Shown: positions 61,414-64,000 of the stretch, piece by piece
How positions within the stretch are numbered: the first letter of the stretch is position 1
Layout: each line of letters starts with the position of its first letter
Origin: Eledone cirrhosa
Lineage: Eukaryota
Reading direction: 5' to 3'
Assembly (NCBI GenBank): GCA_964016885.1
Contig: OZ024741.1
Location: forward strand, 379,626,001 to 379,690,000
DNA length: 64,000 nucleotides
Notes under the pieces: model-generated
Told to the model about the DNA's origin: nothing
The model's database searches: none
The model's input: the letters and a program-made list of their open reading frames with translations, nothing else
Program-made: the position numbers and the translations under genes

Positions 61414-61474
<61 letters not shown>

Positions 61475-61486
<12 letters not shown>

Positions 61487-61776
61487 AAGAAAGGGGGAGA
61501 GGGAGACAGAGAGAGAGGGCTGGTACGTTAGACATCAGATTTTGTGAGGGGAAAACGAGGTCTATCACTACATGCAATGGTTTTTTTCCCACAACTGGAA
61601 GTTGTATCCTAGTAATTCCTAGTGTTTCTGTGAATCACTAGGATACAACTTTCAGTTGTGGAAACAAAAACCGTTGCATGTAGAGATAGACTTCTTTTTC
61701 CCCTAACCAAATATGATAACTAGCGTACCCGCCCTCTCTCTCTCTGTCTCCCTCTCCCCCTTTCTATACCTCTCTC

Positions 61777-61780
<4 letters not shown>
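61475..61780. repeat. Imperfect fold-back/MITE-like inverted repeat between TA/GA microsatellites
   Basis: ~140-bp arms around a spacer at ~61620-61632. Confidence 0.8.
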
Positions 61781-61837
<57 letters not shown>

Positions 61838-62331
61838 TTAAGGGTACTATTTATGGTTATGTATGCAATAAAACCTTTAATGGTAATATATTATATATAA
61901 ACAAACCCTAAATAGTGAGAGATAGTCATTAATTACTATCCTATTACCAGTAAGATAAATAGATCAATGTAATAACATCAGTTGTTTTACAGAGCAGTTA
62001 TATAGAGATTACAGTAGACAAAGTTCATTCTGACGCACTCTAATCATGTATAAGTAGGACACGCGTGCATGCTACACGGGAGATTGTTTCATACACTGAC
62101 TACTCTAAGCTTTCCTCTTGCTTTATCTTCATAGACTGCCAACGCTTCATGTTTATCTTTATTTTCACTCTTATTTTCACTCTTGTTTTTATTTTATTTT
62201 TATCCTGTAACCTTTATATGTAAATTGCCATGCTATATCATTTGATGAATGTCACCCCACTGTTGATCAATATGCGCATATGTTTTATGTGTCTCTTGGG
62301 TTGAAAAGAAGGTCAAGTATGTTATAAATAG

Positions 62332-62380
62332 TTGCTCCGAAGAATCCAAACCTCGGTTTGGAGGAAACAATTGTAAGCAA
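62332..62380 (+). ncRNA. Minimal hammerhead (family n), core CCGAAGA
   Basis: ttgct-CCGAAGA-a tccaaac ctcg gtttgga g-GAAA-caattg-TA-agcaa. Confidence 0.75.
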
Positions 62381-62416
62381 ATAAATGACTTAAACTGAAC
62401 TTTGATTACTGTAATT

Positions 62417-62464
<48 letters not shown>

Positions 62465-63027
62465 ATTGAAAACCAACGCACAAATCACAGAGGGTAATTG
62501 TTCGAAGTCATATTAGGTCCACGCTTGGTAGAAGTGGATCAGGTTACTAAGTTTACGTCAGAAATCCTTCATTGGGAAAGTTCGGATAGGGGGAGGACAG
62601 ATATTCCGAGGAGGTAAGGGAAGTTAAAAAGTAAATATATAGAAAATAGGAAAATAGAAGGTAAAAATAAAAATAAAGAGATATGGGTTCATATGTCCAC
62701 GTTGGAGTATAGAGAGTGTCAAGGGTGTAGTAGTGTGTGTTCGTTAGTCGAAAGTTAGAAGGGGGATTACAGCATGGCGCTTCCAAAATATCAAAATATA
62801 TATGTATATAAATATAAATATATATACGACTTCTTTTATACCATAAACGTGGTTTTGTCTTTGCATGTAATTGTTTTCCACCGCTCTAAATAATGAAGTA
62901 TTATATTCGTTTTTTTTCGTTCTTTACCGGGGTACGTTCCCAACAACCAAAGTATCGTCTTCCTGTCTTCCTCCGGTTGCAACGTTTTTTGAAATATACA
63001 CTTCTGCGTTCACGGATTAACTTCGTT

Positions 63028-63078
63028 AGTTTCAGAAGATCCCGTTAAGGGTGAAAGCAGCGATTCTTTGCTTAAACT
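63028..63078 (+). ncRNA. Hammerhead motif (family a), core CAGAAGA, in the 5' pLTR upstream of the PLE ORF
   Basis: agttt-CAGAAGA-tcccgttaagggt-GAAA-gca..tgc-TT-aaact. Confidence 0.6.
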
Positions 63079-63190
63079 TATATTTGATATATATTTATCC
63101 TTATCAAGCGTCTTTGGATTTTAGTCTTCAAATTTATTATTATTACTATTTCGCTCCCTCGGTTAAGCACTCTATTGGCTTATATTCATC

Positions 63191-64000
63191 ATGCAGAAAC
63201 AACATCTGAATATTTCTACAAAGAACATACCCGTACCAAGCGGAAATACATACCTAAAACTCCTGATACAAAAAACCGACGCGTTCATTAAAAGGTTGCG
63301 TTGGCGTACATTTTATTTCGATAATCAGCGAAAAGCAGACAACAAACAGCATAAATTTGGGTTTAAAACCTATAATTACCCTCCGTGTAACCCAGGATTG
63401 CTACCCTTCGAAAATGATGTCTTGGAACTCATACGGAGGATCAAATTTTGGAATAGGAGCAATTCTTTCGTGCAGGACCTAAAGAATAGAATTCGTTCTA
63501 TTAAGGATTCTAATACTGTGCACGTCCATCCCGACAAAACTGGCAACGTATATATCAAGTTCAGCGCAGTACTTACCATCAAGTACATAATGTTGTAACA
63601 AAGGATTACCGTAAAACTAATCGGTGCGTCATTAATGAAATCAACGATGCTGGGTTTAAAATCACCGCTGATCTCAACATCCTGCACCGGACCGAACCTC
63701 TGAACCCTATTTCTCCCCACGTTACCCTGAAGGATCACAAATCCAATTTTCCGAACAACCCCTCTATTCGGCTTATTAACCCTACGAATCCGATTTAGGT
63801 AGACTTAGTAAAACGATTCTTGATAGAATTATACCTGGAATTAGAAGTTTGGCCCCTCTTGCACTGTGGAACAATTCTTTCGCGGTGATTGATTGGTTCA
63901 ACGGCATATGCAACAAGGAACATTGCCGTTTTATCAAATTTGACATCAATAATTACTACTCCTCCATCACTTTACCACTTCTCCTTAGAGCTATCACTTT
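63191..64000 (+). pseudogene. 5' part of a Naiad-like PLE ORF (frameshifted; runs off the window)
   Basis: STKNIPVPS..FIKRLRWR..FGFKT, PDKTGNVY, PHVTLKDHKSNFPNNPSIRLINP, FDINNYYSSI; same clade as 23131-24908. Confidence 0.8.

Overview
This is an AT-rich, microsatellite-rich animal genomic window with no recognisable host gene. The SINE and repeat make-up suggest an octopod cephalopod (inference). It is almost entirely nested retroelements: (1) a head-to-tail array of three Dong/R4-type RT + restriction-like-endonuclease LINEs, each bounded by (TAA)n, one with an uninterrupted ~1086-codon ORF; (2) two decayed L1/Tx1-type LINEs plus CR1, RTE and CRE-like fragments; (3) about eight copies of one tRNA-derived SINE; and (4) at least six Penelope-like element (PLE) coding remnants with many tandem or inverted pLTR-type repeats. 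The most striking signal is RNA-level. Reading by eye, I find about 30 type I hammerhead ribozyme (HHR) motifs in about 15 sequence families. They include repeated non-canonical cores (compensatory U3-A8; C, A or G at position 4), covarying stem II helices between diverged copies, and a ~549-bp retrozyme-like tandem. All folds and alignments were done manually and none has been tested. Most long ORFs in the track are microsatellite artefacts.
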